This document shows positions 8,962-18,112 of a stretch of 64,000 nt of DNA, piece by piece; the first letter of the stretch is position 1; every line of letters starts with the position of its first letter. The stretch is taken from the sequence record NC_019408.1. The stretch is one strand, 5' to 3'. The notes beneath the pieces are model-generated. The model did not search any database, had not been told where the DNA came from, and saw nothing but the letters and a program-made list of their open reading frames with translations. Both the position numbers and the translations under genes were made by a program.

Positions 8962-9402
8962 ATGCAAACCGCTTCCGTGATCCTCCCCGCCCAAACCCTG
9001 GCCGGCGCCGACCTTGGCCCCGTGCTGATGGTCTTCGCCCTGGAACTGTCGCAGCACTTCGGCGACGTCACCCAAGCCCCGACCGTCGAGCGCTGGACCG
9101 ATGAGGCCACGGGCGCCGAGTTCGTCGCCGACTGTGTGGCGTTCACGGTGTCGGCGGACTGGACCGCCAAGGGCGGGCGCATGGCGCGCCGCCTGGAGAA
9201 CATGGCCGCCCGCTACGCCGCCCCGTGCGAGGCCCCGGCCCTGACCGTCCAGCACGCCGACGGCTCAACCGTCTACGTCGCCGCCCTGGAGGCGCTGGCG
9301 CGCCCTGCCCCGGTGCAAGGCCCCTCGCGCATCGCAGACCCGGCTTTCCTCCCTCGCCAGCGTGAGGACAAGGCCGCCCGCTTCGAACGCCTGACCGCCT
9401 AG
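8962..9402 (+). CDS. Hypothetical LTR protein
   Basis: GGAG RBS. Confidence 0.7.
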   Translation: MQTASVILPAQTLAGADLGPVLMVFALELSQHFGDVTQAPTVERWTDEATGAEFVADCVAFTVSADWTAKGGRMARRLENMAARYAAPCEAPALTVQHADGSTVYVAALEALARPAPVQGPSRIADPAFLPRQREDKAARFERLTA

Positions 9403-9425
9403 GCCTTGGCCTAGCCTCTCCCCTA

Positions 9426-9458
9426 GCGCACCGCCTCGCAAGCGGTGCGCTTTTCTTT
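9426..9458 (+). terminator. Intrinsic terminator
   Basis: AGCGCACCGC/GCGGTGCGCT stem followed by TTTCTTT. Confidence 0.75.
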
Positions 9459-9463
9459 GCGTA

Positions 9464-9494
9464 TTAACTTGTTGTTAAGAGTTTAGCTGATAGT
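9464..9494 (+). promoter_or_regulatory. CtrA-box early promoter
   Basis: Perfect TTAA-CTTGTTG-TTAA followed by GATAGT. Confidence 0.8.
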
Positions 9495-9546
9495 GTCCCC
9501 TTGTTGGCGACGCATCCCGCGCCGCTCCTCTCTTGGATCGCTCCAC

Positions 9547-9939
9547 ATGGCCCGCCCTTCTGACCTGCTCAACGTCAACGCCGCCCGCGTCCTGGCTTGC
9601 CTGGAAGCCCTGGCCGGCGTCGTTAAGACCGCCCCGGAAACCGATCGCGCCGCCTTCTCCTACCTGCTGGACGCGGCCGAATTCGTCGCTTCCTGGCGCC
9701 GCAACCATACGGAAACCGATCGCCGTCGCGCCTACGGTGCAGCGTGCGCGGCGCAAGCCCTGGCCCTGACCAATGCCTATCAGCCCGCGACCATGCAAGG
9801 CGGGGCGGTGCGCCGCGCTCTGGGCGCCTATGCCGCCGCCCTTAAGCTGCTGCTGGACGGTGAGCCGGTGCAAGCCGTGCGCGCGGCCGAAGGCGCCGCC
9901 CAGAGCGTGCGCGGGCGCTTCGCTAACACCCGCATCTAG
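9547..9939 (+). CDS. Hypothetical Ala-rich LTR protein
   Basis: ORF between two promoters. Confidence 0.7.
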   Translation: MARPSDLLNVNAARVLACLEALAGVVKTAPETDRAAFSYLLDAAEFVASWRRNHTETDRRRAYGAACAAQALALTNAYQPATMQGGAVRRALGAYAAALKLLLDGEPVQAVRAAEGAAQSVRGRFANTRI

Positions 9940-9970
9940 TAACCTTCTGTTAAGACCCCCTGGCCTATAG
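9939..9970 (+). promoter_or_regulatory. CtrA-box early promoter (GTAA-N7-TTAA)
   Basis: Followed by CCTATAGT. Confidence 0.7.
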
Positions 9971-9996
9971 TCGGGGGGTCGCAAGGAGACACCCAC

Positions 9997-10188
9997 ATGA
10001 CCCGCCCCGGCCCCGCCTCGCTCCTCTCGCCCGCCGCCACCTTCTCGGCGCATAACCTGACCCTTCCGGGCGCTCGCCCTATGCCCCTGCCCAAGGCGCA
10101 AGGCCTGACCCTTCGCCAGTGCGTCGCCCTGGGCGCTGGCCTTGGCGCTCTGGCCTATGTCGCGTTGCGCGCGCTGGGCGTGCTCTGA
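9997..10188 (+). CDS. Small membrane protein
   Basis: AAGGAG RBS; C-terminal transmembrane helix. Confidence 0.7.
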   Translation: MTRPGPASLLSPAATFSAHNLTLPGARPMPLPKAQGLTLRQCVALGAGLGALAYVALRALGVL

Positions 10189-10645
10189 CCTGACCCCCGG
10201 CGCCCCCGGTCGCCTCGCGGTAGGGCTGTCCCATATTGAGACGGCCCTACCGGGGTAGTGTTTCTTTTTGGGACGAGGGACCCAAAGGCCCCCTACGTTA
10301 ACCATTTTTGGCGGCGCCCCCCGGCGCCTCAGGATAGCGTTGAACTTTTCGGTTGACATAATCAGACCCTCAGGCGAAGAAGGGCGCGTTCAGGCCGAGC
10401 GGCGCCCCCGACTAACCGCCGGTCCAGGCCCCATCCCTTCTCCCCACGTCCCAGTCCACGGGATGTAGGGACCGGGGGTGGGGCCTTTTTATTTTCCGGT
10501 CGGGGACCCGCCGGGAAGGCGTTTTCAAAACCCAAACGCTAAATCGACCCTCAAAAAATTTCCAAAATCATAAACCCGGTTGACAGAACCAGACTGGCTG
10601 CTAAGTGTTGCTCCACGACACGCCAACGCAAGCCCAGGAGGCTCC

Positions 10646-11386
10646 ATGACCGACACCAACACCACCAACACCACCGCCCGCTTCGCCCCGTTCGACTGGC
10701 GCGGCTTCATCGCCTTCCCGGCGGATGTCGACGTCGCCAAGATCGTCCAGAGCGTCTACGCCCGCAGCCAGCCGCGCGGCCTGGGCATGCTCCACTTCCA
10801 GGCCGGCCCGCTGGAAGCCGACCGCGTCGCCGGCGCCATCGCCCAGGCGGACGAGAAGTTCACCGCCGATCAGGCCGGTCCGACCCTCGACTATTCGGGC
10901 GAGCCCCGCGAGAGCAAGGCCACCTTCTTCGACTTCGACTATGTCGACGGCCGCTGCGTCAAGTTCCGCCTCTACCGCGACCTCAACACCGGCGCCTACT
11001 ACACCGACGTCGAATGGTACGACCACGTCTTCATCGACGTCCTGGCCCTGGTCGCCGACACCTTCGGCGTCAATGATACGCAGGCCTCCCAGATCATCGC
11101 CGACACCGAACTTGCCAAGAAGGCCAAGGCCAAGGACGAGTTCGACGTCAAGGCCGCCAAGGCGATGCCGCTGCTGCGCCAAATCCGCAAGGACGGCCCG
11201 TTGCGTTTCCTGCGCGACAGCGACGAGTTCAAGGCCATCGCCGCCAAGCCGAGCATCGAGTTCGCCTACGACCTCGACGGCGATCCGCTGCTGGCCACCA
11301 AGTACAACTACGACGACAACACCGTCACCTTCAACCTCGACGCCGGCGGCCACAAGCTGCTGGCCGCCGACACCGTCACGGCCTGA
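10646..11386 (+). CDS. Hypothetical protein
   Basis: AGGAGG RBS; upstream TTGACA-N17-TAAGTG promoter at 10580. Confidence 0.8.
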   Translation: MTDTNTTNTTARFAPFDWRGFIAFPADVDVAKIVQSVYARSQPRGLGMLHFQAGPLEADRVAGAIAQADEKFTADQAGPTLDYSGEPRESKATFFDFDYVDGRCVKFRLYRDLNTGAYYTDVEWYDHVFIDVLALVADTFGVNDTQASQIIADTELAKKAKAKDEFDVKAAKAMPLLRQIRKDGPLRFLRDSDEFKAIAAKPSIEFAYDLDGDPLLATKYNYDDNTVTFNLDAGGHKLLAADTVTA

Positions 11387-11394
11387 TCGTCACC

Positions 11395-12141
11395 ATGACC
11401 ACCGCCCCCGCCAACGACATCCTGACGAGCGATCCGAGCGGCTATGCCCTGCTCGCCGCGCGCGAGACCCTGGCCATCGCCCTGTTCAGCCAAAAGCAGT
11501 TGGTCAGCGCGCCGTCGAAGGTCTTCGGCGGCGGGGGCTACGGCCTGTCGACCTGGGCGCAAATCTCGCCTGAGCAGCGCAACGGCTGGCGGGTGGAGGC
11601 CGACAAGTACGTCACCGAGCAGGCCGGCGACGTCACCGCCGTGACCAAGGACCAGAAGCGCAACCTGGAGGAATGGGAGCGCGAGATGATGGCCCTGGCC
11701 GACGGCCACGATCCGGACGGCTATTTCGACGCCAAGGACGACCGCGCTGGCAAGACCATCGCCCAGCACTACCGCCAGGAGGTGCCCTACGCCCACAAGC
11801 TGACCGGCGACGAACTCCTCAAGGCCTGGGAGACCGCCGACAAGCTGGGCCGCCACCTGCCCGCCTTCCCGACCGACTATTTCGACCCGGTCATGGCTGA
11901 GAAGGTCGCCCGCCGGCAGTTGACCGAGTGGGAGGCCGCCATCATGGCCCACAAGGTCGGAGCCTCCATCAGCGCCTGGGCCGACTATCGTTTCGGCGTG
12001 CCGTTCCACTTCCACTTCCCCCTGGACGACATCAAGGTCTTCGAGACCTACATCGTCACGCCGGGCGGCATGGTCGCCTCCGTGCCAGCCATGACCGACG
12101 CCGACAAGGTCCGCTATGCCGGCGCCTGGGGCAAGGTCTGA
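11395..12141 (+). CDS. Hypothetical protein
   Basis: 248 aa; strong codon bias. Confidence 0.8.
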   Translation: MTTAPANDILTSDPSGYALLAARETLAIALFSQKQLVSAPSKVFGGGGYGLSTWAQISPEQRNGWRVEADKYVTEQAGDVTAVTKDQKRNLEEWEREMMALADGHDPDGYFDAKDDRAGKTIAQHYRQEVPYAHKLTGDELLKAWETADKLGRHLPAFPTDYFDPVMAEKVARRQLTEWEAAIMAHKVGASISAWADYRFGVPFHFHFPLDDIKVFETYIVTPGGMVASVPAMTDADKVRYAGAWGKV

Positions 12142-12224
12142 TGGATCGTCTCGACCGCTTCGTCCTCGCCGCCTTCGTCATCACCCTCGGCTGTTTCGCC
12201 GTTCAAGCCTGGATTCTCATCTGA
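12141..12224 (+). CDS. 27-aa membrane peptide
   Basis: Start/stop overlaps on both sides; hydrophobic. Confidence 0.5.
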   Translation: MDRLDRFVLAAFVITLGCFAVQAWILI

Positions 12225-12799
12225 TGAACCGCCGCAATTTCCTGACCGCCATCCTCGCCACGCCCTTCATCAGCGCGATCGCGCCGGGCGCCCTGGCGGC
12301 GGGCCACAAGACCATCGACCTGGGCGGTCAGCCGCTCAGCGTCTCCTTCCTGAAGGAGATCAGCCGCGAGCAGGGCGCGCTCGTGATGAACAAGCGCATG
12401 CGCAACCTCTTGTCGGCGTCGTCGCGCAATCCCGCGACGGAAGGCCAGATGGTCTGGGACAAGAACGAGTTCGGCCAGCGGATCATGAAGCTGGGTGACG
12501 TTCCGATCATCCCCACCGACTACACGGGCGGCCCGGTCGTCCAGCAGGTCATCGACTTCGAAGGCCCCGAGGACGACCTGCGCACGGAAATCCTGGTCCT
12601 GTCGCCCGAAGCGGCCAAGCTGGCACTGTCCTGGGAGACCGATTGGTCCAACCGCGTCGACGCGGCGGGCATGACGGACACCAACGAGGGTCCCTACGAC
12701 TACCGGGGCATGCCGGACGTCGCGGGCATCAACCTGCTCAAGAGCCGCTCCGACGTCCTTGTCCTCAAGGGCGTTCCGAAGAAGGCTCTGGTCGCCTGA
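12224..12799 (+). CDS. Tat-signal protein carrying a segment paralogous to the major capsid protein
   Basis: MNRRNFL...ALAA signal; MNKRMRNLL...WDKNEFG...QQVIDF aligns with the capsid protein's MSKRMRNLL...WDKDEFG...QQVIDF. Confidence 0.8.
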   Translation: MNRRNFLTAILATPFISAIAPGALAAGHKTIDLGGQPLSVSFLKEISREQGALVMNKRMRNLLSASSRNPATEGQMVWDKNEFGQRIMKLGDVPIIPTDYTGGPVVQQVIDFEGPEDDLRTEILVLSPEAAKLALSWETDWSNRVDAAGMTDTNEGPYDYRGMPDVAGINLLKSRSDVLVLKGVPKKALVA

Positions 12800-13077
12800 T
12801 GCGCTTCTTCGGCTTCCTCCTCACCGTGGCCCTGGTCACCCTGCCGTTCGCCCTGGCGGCGTGCGGCGGCCCGATCGAGACCACCGACAACGTCATCGCC
12901 ACCACCAAGGAAGGCTGCGCGGTCCACAAGATCGTCCGCCGCCAGGGCATGCTCTCCGAAGAGGTCTTCACGACCATCTGCCCGAACGGCGCGGCCCGCA
13001 CCGAGTGGGAGACCACGCGCATGATCGGCAAGACGGTGACCACCGAAAAGCACGCTGTCGACACCCCGGCCCGCTGA
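12799..13077 (+). CDS. Lipoprotein
   Basis: Signal peptide with lipobox LAAC. Confidence 0.75.
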   Translation: MRFFGFLLTVALVTLPFALAACGGPIETTDNVIATTKEGCAVHKIVRRQGMLSEEVFTTICPNGAARTEWETTRMIGKTVTTEKHAVDTPAR

Positions 13078-13535
13078 TGCCCAACCTCCCCTCGCGCTAC
13101 GATCACGAGCAGGTCATCGCCCTCTACGAGAGCGGCATGACCTTCATGGAGATCGCCGAAAAGATCGGAGGCCAGCACAACTCGCTGCGCACGATCGTCG
13201 CCAAGAAGGCGCCGCACCTGCTGCGCCCGGCTGGCCCGCGCCCGAAGTTCGACCACGCCGAGGCCGTCAACCTCTACCTGAGCGGCGAGGAGAACTACGA
13301 GACCCTGGCTCAGCGCTACGGCGTGTCGCGCTCGGCGGTCCAGCAGATCGTCAGCGGCAAGGCCAAGGGCCGTCGCCCGTCCAAGCGCCGGCCCTCGCCG
13401 CGCGCCAAGATCAGGATCGACGAACTGCTCGCCCTCAAGGCCAAGGGTCTGCGCAACGCCGATCTGGCGCGTCACTTCGGCTGCTCACCGGCCGCCATCT
13501 CCAACACCTTCAGGAAGCTGGAAGCCAAGACATGA
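13077..13535 (+). CDS. Multi-HTH DNA-binding protein
   Basis: Three HTH-like units: TFMEIAEKIG, YETLAQRYGVSRSAV, NADLARHFGCSPAAI. Confidence 0.8.
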   Translation: MPNLPSRYDHEQVIALYESGMTFMEIAEKIGGQHNSLRTIVAKKAPHLLRPAGPRPKFDHAEAVNLYLSGEENYETLAQRYGVSRSAVQQIVSGKAKGRRPSKRRPSPRAKIRIDELLALKAKGLRNADLARHFGCSPAAISNTFRKLEAKT

Positions 13536-13726
13536 GCAGCGAGTTCGACCGCAGCGCGCAGATCGAGGTCATCGCCATCGGGCTCTACGAGAGCAAGGTG
13601 CGCGCCCTGGGTCCCGACAGCGCCAAATACTGGCCCTCCTGGGAAGGGCAAGTCCCCCTGGAGCGCGCCCGTTGGCGCCAGCAGGCCAAACGCATGATCC
13701 TCGAAAGCCGGGACCAGAAAATCTGA
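13532..13726 (+). CDS. Hypothetical protein
   Basis: ATGA overlap; resembles the next gene (IAIGLYES vs LALGLYES). Confidence 0.65.
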   Translation: MSSEFDRSAQIEVIAIGLYESKVRALGPDSAKYWPSWEGQVPLERARWRQQAKRMILESRDQKI

Positions 13727-13965
13727 TGACCGTCACCTGCCCCGCCTGCCTCGCCCAATGGGACGGCCTGGACGAAGCCGTCTCCGTCGCCGAGGTCGAA
13801 CTCTTGGCGCTCGGGCTCTACGAGAGCCAGCAGCGCATGTTCGGCCCCGGCGTTGACGAGCCCCGCAAGTCCTGGTCCGAAGCGCGCCTGTCCACCCGTC
13901 AGACCTTCCGCGCCATGGCCATGAAGCTGATCGACGAGCACCTGGAAAACCGCGAGCCCGCATGA
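13726..13965 (+). CDS. Hypothetical protein
   Basis: TGATG overlap; CPAC motif. Confidence 0.65.
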   Translation: MTVTCPACLAQWDGLDEAVSVAEVELLALGLYESQQRMFGPGVDEPRKSWSEARLSTRQTFRAMAMKLIDEHLENREPA

Positions 13966-14174
13966 CCGACCACGCCTACTACCTGCCGGCCCTGCGCCGG
14001 ATGCGCAACGCCATCTACGAGATCAGGGATCAGGGGCTGCGCTCCTGGGCCGCCATCCAGTACAAGTTCGTGGAGTCGCGCCTGCGTGATCGGCGCTCCA
14101 CCGAGGCCGACATCGCCGTGCTCGAACTGCACATGACCGATGAGGACCGCGCCCGGCGGCCGTTGGCGGCATGA
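13962..14174 (+). CDS. Hypothetical protein
   Basis: ATGA overlaps. Confidence 0.65.
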   Translation: MTDHAYYLPALRRMRNAIYEIRDQGLRSWAAIQYKFVESRLRDRRSTEADIAVLELHMTDEDRARRPLAA

Positions 14175-14590
14175 ACATTTTCAAGCGCCTCCTTTACCGG
14201 ATCGCCGGCGTCGCGCCGATCAGCGTCCCCAAGACCGCCGCCCTGGTCGCCGCCGTCTGGTGGGCCACGCGTATGGACGTCGACAAGGCCGTCGATCCGG
14301 GCACCAGCGACGAGGAGAAGCTGCTCATCGTCGACACCTTCCAGGACGAGCTTTGCCGGCTGATCGACGGGCGGCTGCGCCGCATCGGCAAGAAGGACTG
14401 GTTCTCGCTTGACTTCGACTATACGCCCGACCCGTTACTGGCCGAGGCCCTGCGCAGGGCCGGCGTCTCCCGCAGCGTCTGGAGCGACTTGTGGCTCAAC
14501 AAAACCCGCATGACCGTCCAGCGCCATCAACTCAGCGTCAAGCCGGGCTACGGCCTGGAGCGCTACACCATCCCGATCGGAGAATCCTGA
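14171..14590 (+). CDS. Hypothetical protein
   Basis: LDFDYTPDPLLAEAL motif typical of phage hypothetical proteins. Confidence 0.7.
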   Translation: MNIFKRLLYRIAGVAPISVPKTAALVAAVWWATRMDVDKAVDPGTSDEEKLLIVDTFQDELCRLIDGRLRRIGKKDWFSLDFDYTPDPLLAEALRRAGVSRSVWSDLWLNKTRMTVQRHQLSVKPGYGLERYTIPIGES

Positions 14591-14592
14591 CC

Positions 14593-14883
14593 ATGGCCCT
14601 CTTCCGCAAGAAGCCCGTCGTCATCGAGGCCATCACCTTCGACGAACTGGTCCAGCACGGCCTTTCCGTCCACGGTGCCCATCTCGTCAACGGCATGCCC
14701 TGGTCGTTCACCTACAAGGGCCAGCCGATCACCCACGAGAATGACGACACCTACCTGATCCCGACCATGGAGGGCACCATGGCCTTCCGTCGCGGCGACA
14801 TGCTGATCACCGGCGTCAAGGGTGAAATCTACCCCTGCGAGAAGACCATCTTCGAGGCGACCTATGAGCAAGTCCAAGCCTGA
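14593..14883 (+). CDS. Conserved phage protein (RKKPVVIEA family)
   Basis: FRKKPVVIEA...IPTMEG...GD.LITGVKGEIYPC...IFEATYE. Confidence 0.85.
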   Translation: MALFRKKPVVIEAITFDELVQHGLSVHGAHLVNGMPWSFTYKGQPITHENDDTYLIPTMEGTMAFRRGDMLITGVKGEIYPCEKTIFEATYEQVQA

Positions 14884-15148
14884 TCTGCTGGCGGTCGGCG
14901 AGCGCCGGCACGAGACCTGCCGCTTTGGTCGCCTGACCGAGCAGTGGGAAGTCGATCCGCGCACCGGCAAGGAGACGCCGGGCACGGCCCCGCTCTGCAC
15001 CTGGGAGCCCGAGGGCGATGTGCCGCCGGCCCACAAGCGGGTCTGGGGCGGGATCATCGAGCTTGACCGCGACTGCGCCGTCTGCTTCGCCTACCGCGAG
15101 TTGCCGGCCGCGCGCTTTGTCCTGCCGCCCAAGGATGCCGCCGCGTGA
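14864..15148 (+). CDS. Cys-containing hypothetical protein
   Basis: ORF in the operon. Confidence 0.6.
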   Translation: MSKSKPDLLAVGERRHETCRFGRLTEQWEVDPRTGKETPGTAPLCTWEPEGDVPPAHKRVWGGIIELDRDCAVCFAYRELPAARFVLPPKDAAA

Positions 15149-15555
15149 CCCACGAAGACGCCGACATGTTCGAGGAGTTCTTCCCGGAGAACCGCCCGCC
15201 GGTCAAGTCGTGGGGCTTCTCCAAGCACCCGCGCTACCGCGCCCAGCGCGTGGGCTCGTCCGGCAGTAGCGCCCCGCCCTTCTTCGACTGGCGCGTCAGC
15301 CGGCGCCTGCCGCTGCCGTGGGTCAACATCTACGTCCCGCTGCGCCTGTGGGTCGTCGACAAGCCGGGCGAGATGCCCGTCAAGCGCTGGGCGCGCTACA
15401 ACACCTCCGAGGGGGCCGAGAAGTTCATCGCCACCAAGCCGGCCTTCTTCCCGAAGAAACCCATCGGCGTCCTCAACGACGTTCTCTACTTCAACGAGCA
15501 GGGCGCGGGCGTGATCCTCGGCGCCGCGAAGGTCCGCAAGGAGCGCCTCTATTGA
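15145..15555 (+). CDS. Hypothetical protein
   Basis: GTGA overlap. Confidence 0.65.
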   Translation: MTHEDADMFEEFFPENRPPVKSWGFSKHPRYRAQRVGSSGSSAPPFFDWRVSRRLPLPWVNIYVPLRLWVVDKPGEMPVKRWARYNTSEGAEKFIATKPAFFPKKPIGVLNDVLYFNEQGAGVILGAAKVRKERLY

Positions 15556-16229
15556 CCCATCTTCGCCTCGGCCAGTTCGACCGCGACTACGCCACTCAGA
15601 AGACCCAGTGGGTCCCGCGCGGCTTCTCCAAGCAGTCCGACCGCTACGTCTATCCCAACACCGGGTGGTCGTGGACCGACTGGGGCGGCGAGGTCAAGGA
15701 CACCTACGACACCCTGGAGCAGGCCAAGTCCGCGATCACCTCCGGCTACCTGAAGGACATGATCAAGGCCCAGGACATCGTCGACATCGTCTTCCTGGAG
15801 GTCAAGGTCGACCGCCAGATCGTCGAGAAGAAGTCGGTCAAGGCCTACACCGGCGCCGGCAAGCTCAAGGCCTTGACCGAGCCGGTCTTCCACGTGGGTC
15901 CTGGCAAGACGGCGCTCACCATGGGCGACTACGTCTTCCTCAACCTGAACGGCCGCAGCGAGCCCGACATCTTTGGCCGCGTGATGGCGATCCACAAGGA
16001 CATCGCCACCGTCTGGATATTGAACGGCGCCTGGACGCTGCTGATGCGCCTGGACGGCCTGGACCTCTTCATCGCGGCGGACGATCGCTCGGGCATGGGT
16101 GGCAAGCCCATCCATCTCCATTACGTCGGCCCGCTGCCCGATCCCACCATCGCCCCCCGCGACTACGAAGGCCAGCTTGAGGCCCTGCGCGGCATGCAGT
16201 CCAACGGCTGTCACTACAACAAGGCCTGA
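15552..16229 (+). CDS. Hypothetical protein
   Basis: TTGA overlap start; codon bias. Confidence 0.65.
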   Translation: MTHLRLGQFDRDYATQKTQWVPRGFSKQSDRYVYPNTGWSWTDWGGEVKDTYDTLEQAKSAITSGYLKDMIKAQDIVDIVFLEVKVDRQIVEKKSVKAYTGAGKLKALTEPVFHVGPGKTALTMGDYVFLNLNGRSEPDIFGRVMAIHKDIATVWILNGAWTLLMRLDGLDLFIAADDRSGMGGKPIHLHYVGPLPDPTIAPRDYEGQLEALRGMQSNGCHYNKA

Positions 16230-16233
16230 TCCC

Positions 16234-17088
16234 ATGACCGACCAACCCCTCGACCCGCTCGACCGCACCATCCTCGACCTCCTCCAGGAGGAAGGCGCCG
16301 AGGTCCTGATCGAGTTCGCCCCGCTCGTCGGCCGGCTGATCAAGGTCGCCTCCAAGGTCAAGCGCTTCGGCAACGGCCGCAATCCGTTCGAGCCCGACGC
16401 CAAGCCCAACTTCGAGCTTCTCCAGGACGAGGTCGGCGACTTCGAGGCCCTGGTCGACATCCTGATCGAGCGTGGCGTCCTGACCCGCGAGGGCATCGAC
16501 GCGCGCAAGGTCTGGAAGCGCGGCATGCTGCGCGAGCACAAGACCCTGCCGGACGCGGCTTTCCTGCCCCCGGTCAGCGTGCCGTCGCCGCTTGACGACT
16601 TCCCGCCCGGCAACCCGGTCGTCCAAGCGGCCAAGGCCGCGCGCAACGGCGGCTATGTCGCCCTGTTTGGCGGGCACGCGCCGTCGGCCTTCCCGGATTA
16701 CGACCTGCCGCCGTTGGAGATACGCCGGGCGGTCCCCGATGAGCCGGGCTTCCACTCGACCACCGACGGGGTCACCGTCGAGCGCTTCGACGTGCGCCCG
16801 CCGAGCCCTGCGGTGACCGGCAAGGACCTCTACGAGGCCTATTACACCAAGGCGCGTGTCGCCGACCATCTGCCCTCCTGGGATGATCTGCCGCCGGACA
16901 ACCAGCGCCTGTGGGATGAAGCGGCCAAGAAGGGGCTGACCAAGCCTGAGTCGCGCGGCAAGGCCCTCTACACCCGCTACTGCGACACCCAGGGCATCCA
17001 CTCCAACCGCTTCCCCGGCTGGAGCGAACTGTCGGCCGAGAACCAGCGCCTGTGGGACGAAGCCGCGAAAGCCGGGGTTAACCTGTGA
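16234..17088 (+). CDS. MazG-like NTP pyrophosphohydrolase domain plus repeated C-terminal module
   Basis: LQEEGAEV...LQDEVGDFEALVDIL (EEXXE/EXXD); two copies of GKxLY...PxWxxL...NQRLWDEAAK. Confidence 0.6.
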   Translation: MTDQPLDPLDRTILDLLQEEGAEVLIEFAPLVGRLIKVASKVKRFGNGRNPFEPDAKPNFELLQDEVGDFEALVDILIERGVLTREGIDARKVWKRGMLREHKTLPDAAFLPPVSVPSPLDDFPPGNPVVQAAKAARNGGYVALFGGHAPSAFPDYDLPPLEIRRAVPDEPGFHSTTDGVTVERFDVRPPSPAVTGKDLYEAYYTKARVADHLPSWDDLPPDNQRLWDEAAKKGLTKPESRGKALYTRYCDTQGIHSNRFPGWSELSAENQRLWDEAAKAGVNL

Positions 17089-17321
17089 TCGAAGAGACCC
17101 TCGTCACCGCGCCGATCGACCCCGTGGATCGCAAGGAGCGCTTCCGCAAGTACGCCAAGGCCCGTCACCTGCACGAGACCGACTTCGGCTGCTCGGCCTG
17201 GAGCCCTGAGGAGCAGGAGCAGTTTCGCGACGGCGTCAAGGCGCGCATCGCCCGGATCGAGGCGTCCGATCCGGACTTCCCGGCCCTGTTCGAGGAGACC
17301 CGGATGCGGAGGGCGTCGTGA
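17085..17321 (+). CDS. Hypothetical protein
   Basis: GTGA overlap. Confidence 0.6.
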   Translation: MIEETLVTAPIDPVDRKERFRKYAKARHLHETDFGCSAWSPEEQEQFRDGVKARIARIEASDPDFPALFEETRMRRAS

Positions 17322-17536
17322 AGCGCGCCCAGTGCAAGGCCGGGCGGCTCCTGCTGGGCTGGACCCAGGCTGAACTTGCCGACGCCGCCGGCTGCGCGGT
17401 CTCCACCGTCGCCGACTACGAGCGCGGCGCCCGGCGCACCGATGAGAGCATCATCCGCCGCTTCGTCGACTCCTTCTCCCGCCGGGGCGTGCGCTTCACC
17501 CGCACCTCCGTCATCCACCCTGAGTTCAAGGCCTGA
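17318..17536 (+). CDS. XRE-family HTH regulator
   Basis: AGRLLLGWTQAELADAAGCAVSTVADYERG. Confidence 0.85.
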   Translation: MKRAQCKAGRLLLGWTQAELADAAGCAVSTVADYERGARRTDESIIRRFVDSFSRRGVRFTRTSVIHPEFKA

Positions 17537-17538
17537 TC

Positions 17539-17697
17539 ATGAGCTATGCTGAGCCCGACCTGGAGAACGACGTCGATCTCCTCCGCCACGTCGCCGAGCG
17601 CCTGATGCACCTCCCACCGGCGGTCATGGGCATGAACGGCTACCACATCGACCGGCTGAACGAGATCGCCAGCAAGCTGGAGAAGGGTGAGGCGTGA
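17539..17697 (+). CDS. Hypothetical protein
   Basis: 52 aa; fills the gap with start/stop overlaps. Confidence 0.55.
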   Translation: MSYAEPDLENDVDLLRHVAERLMHLPPAVMGMNGYHIDRLNEIASKLEKGEA

Positions 17698-17897
17698 CCG
17701 ACATCTACGCCCGCATCATGGCGAGCCCGCCGACCGGGTCCTGCGACATGTGCAAGACCGCGCCGGCGATCCGCTGGTTCGGGCAGTCCTCTGTTGCCCA
17801 CTGCGGCGCCCAGGCCTGCATCGACGCCTGCAACGCCCAGGCGCGGGAGACCCTGGCGCGGATCGAGCGCGAGCAGCAGCCGCAGGAAGAGTCATGA
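17694..17897 (+). CDS. Zn-finger-like protein
   Basis: CxxC...C...C. Confidence 0.6.
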   Translation: MTDIYARIMASPPTGSCDMCKTAPAIRWFGQSSVAHCGAQACIDACNAQARETLARIEREQQPQEES

Positions 17898-18112
17898 TCC
17901 CCTACGAGGTCCGCCAGCAGCACGATGAGTGGGGCAACGCCGGGCATCTACTGTCGGTGATGGACGCGGGCAAGCTGCGCGACAACGACTGGCGGCGGGT
18001 CTCGGGCGATTGCACTTGCGAGACCTGCGGCAAGCTCTACTATGACCATCCGCCCGTCCTGGGCGCCCTTTGGCTCAACCGCATCTGCAACGGCGATCTG
18101 GTGAAATTGTGA
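17894..18112 (+). CDS. Zn-finger-like protein
   Basis: CTCETCGK...C. Confidence 0.65.
   Translation: MIPYEVRQQHDEWGNAGHLLSVMDAGKLRDNDWRRVSGDCTCETCGKLYYDHPPVLGALWLNRICNGDLVKL

Larger units (their letters stand above)
800..10520. repeat. Probable long terminal repeat (early region), present once in this assembly
   Basis: Follows terL; distinct repeated promoters and small genes; GGGACCC motifs near both edges; phiCbK-like phages have roughly 10 kb terminal repeats. Boundaries are inferred. Confidence 0.6.
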
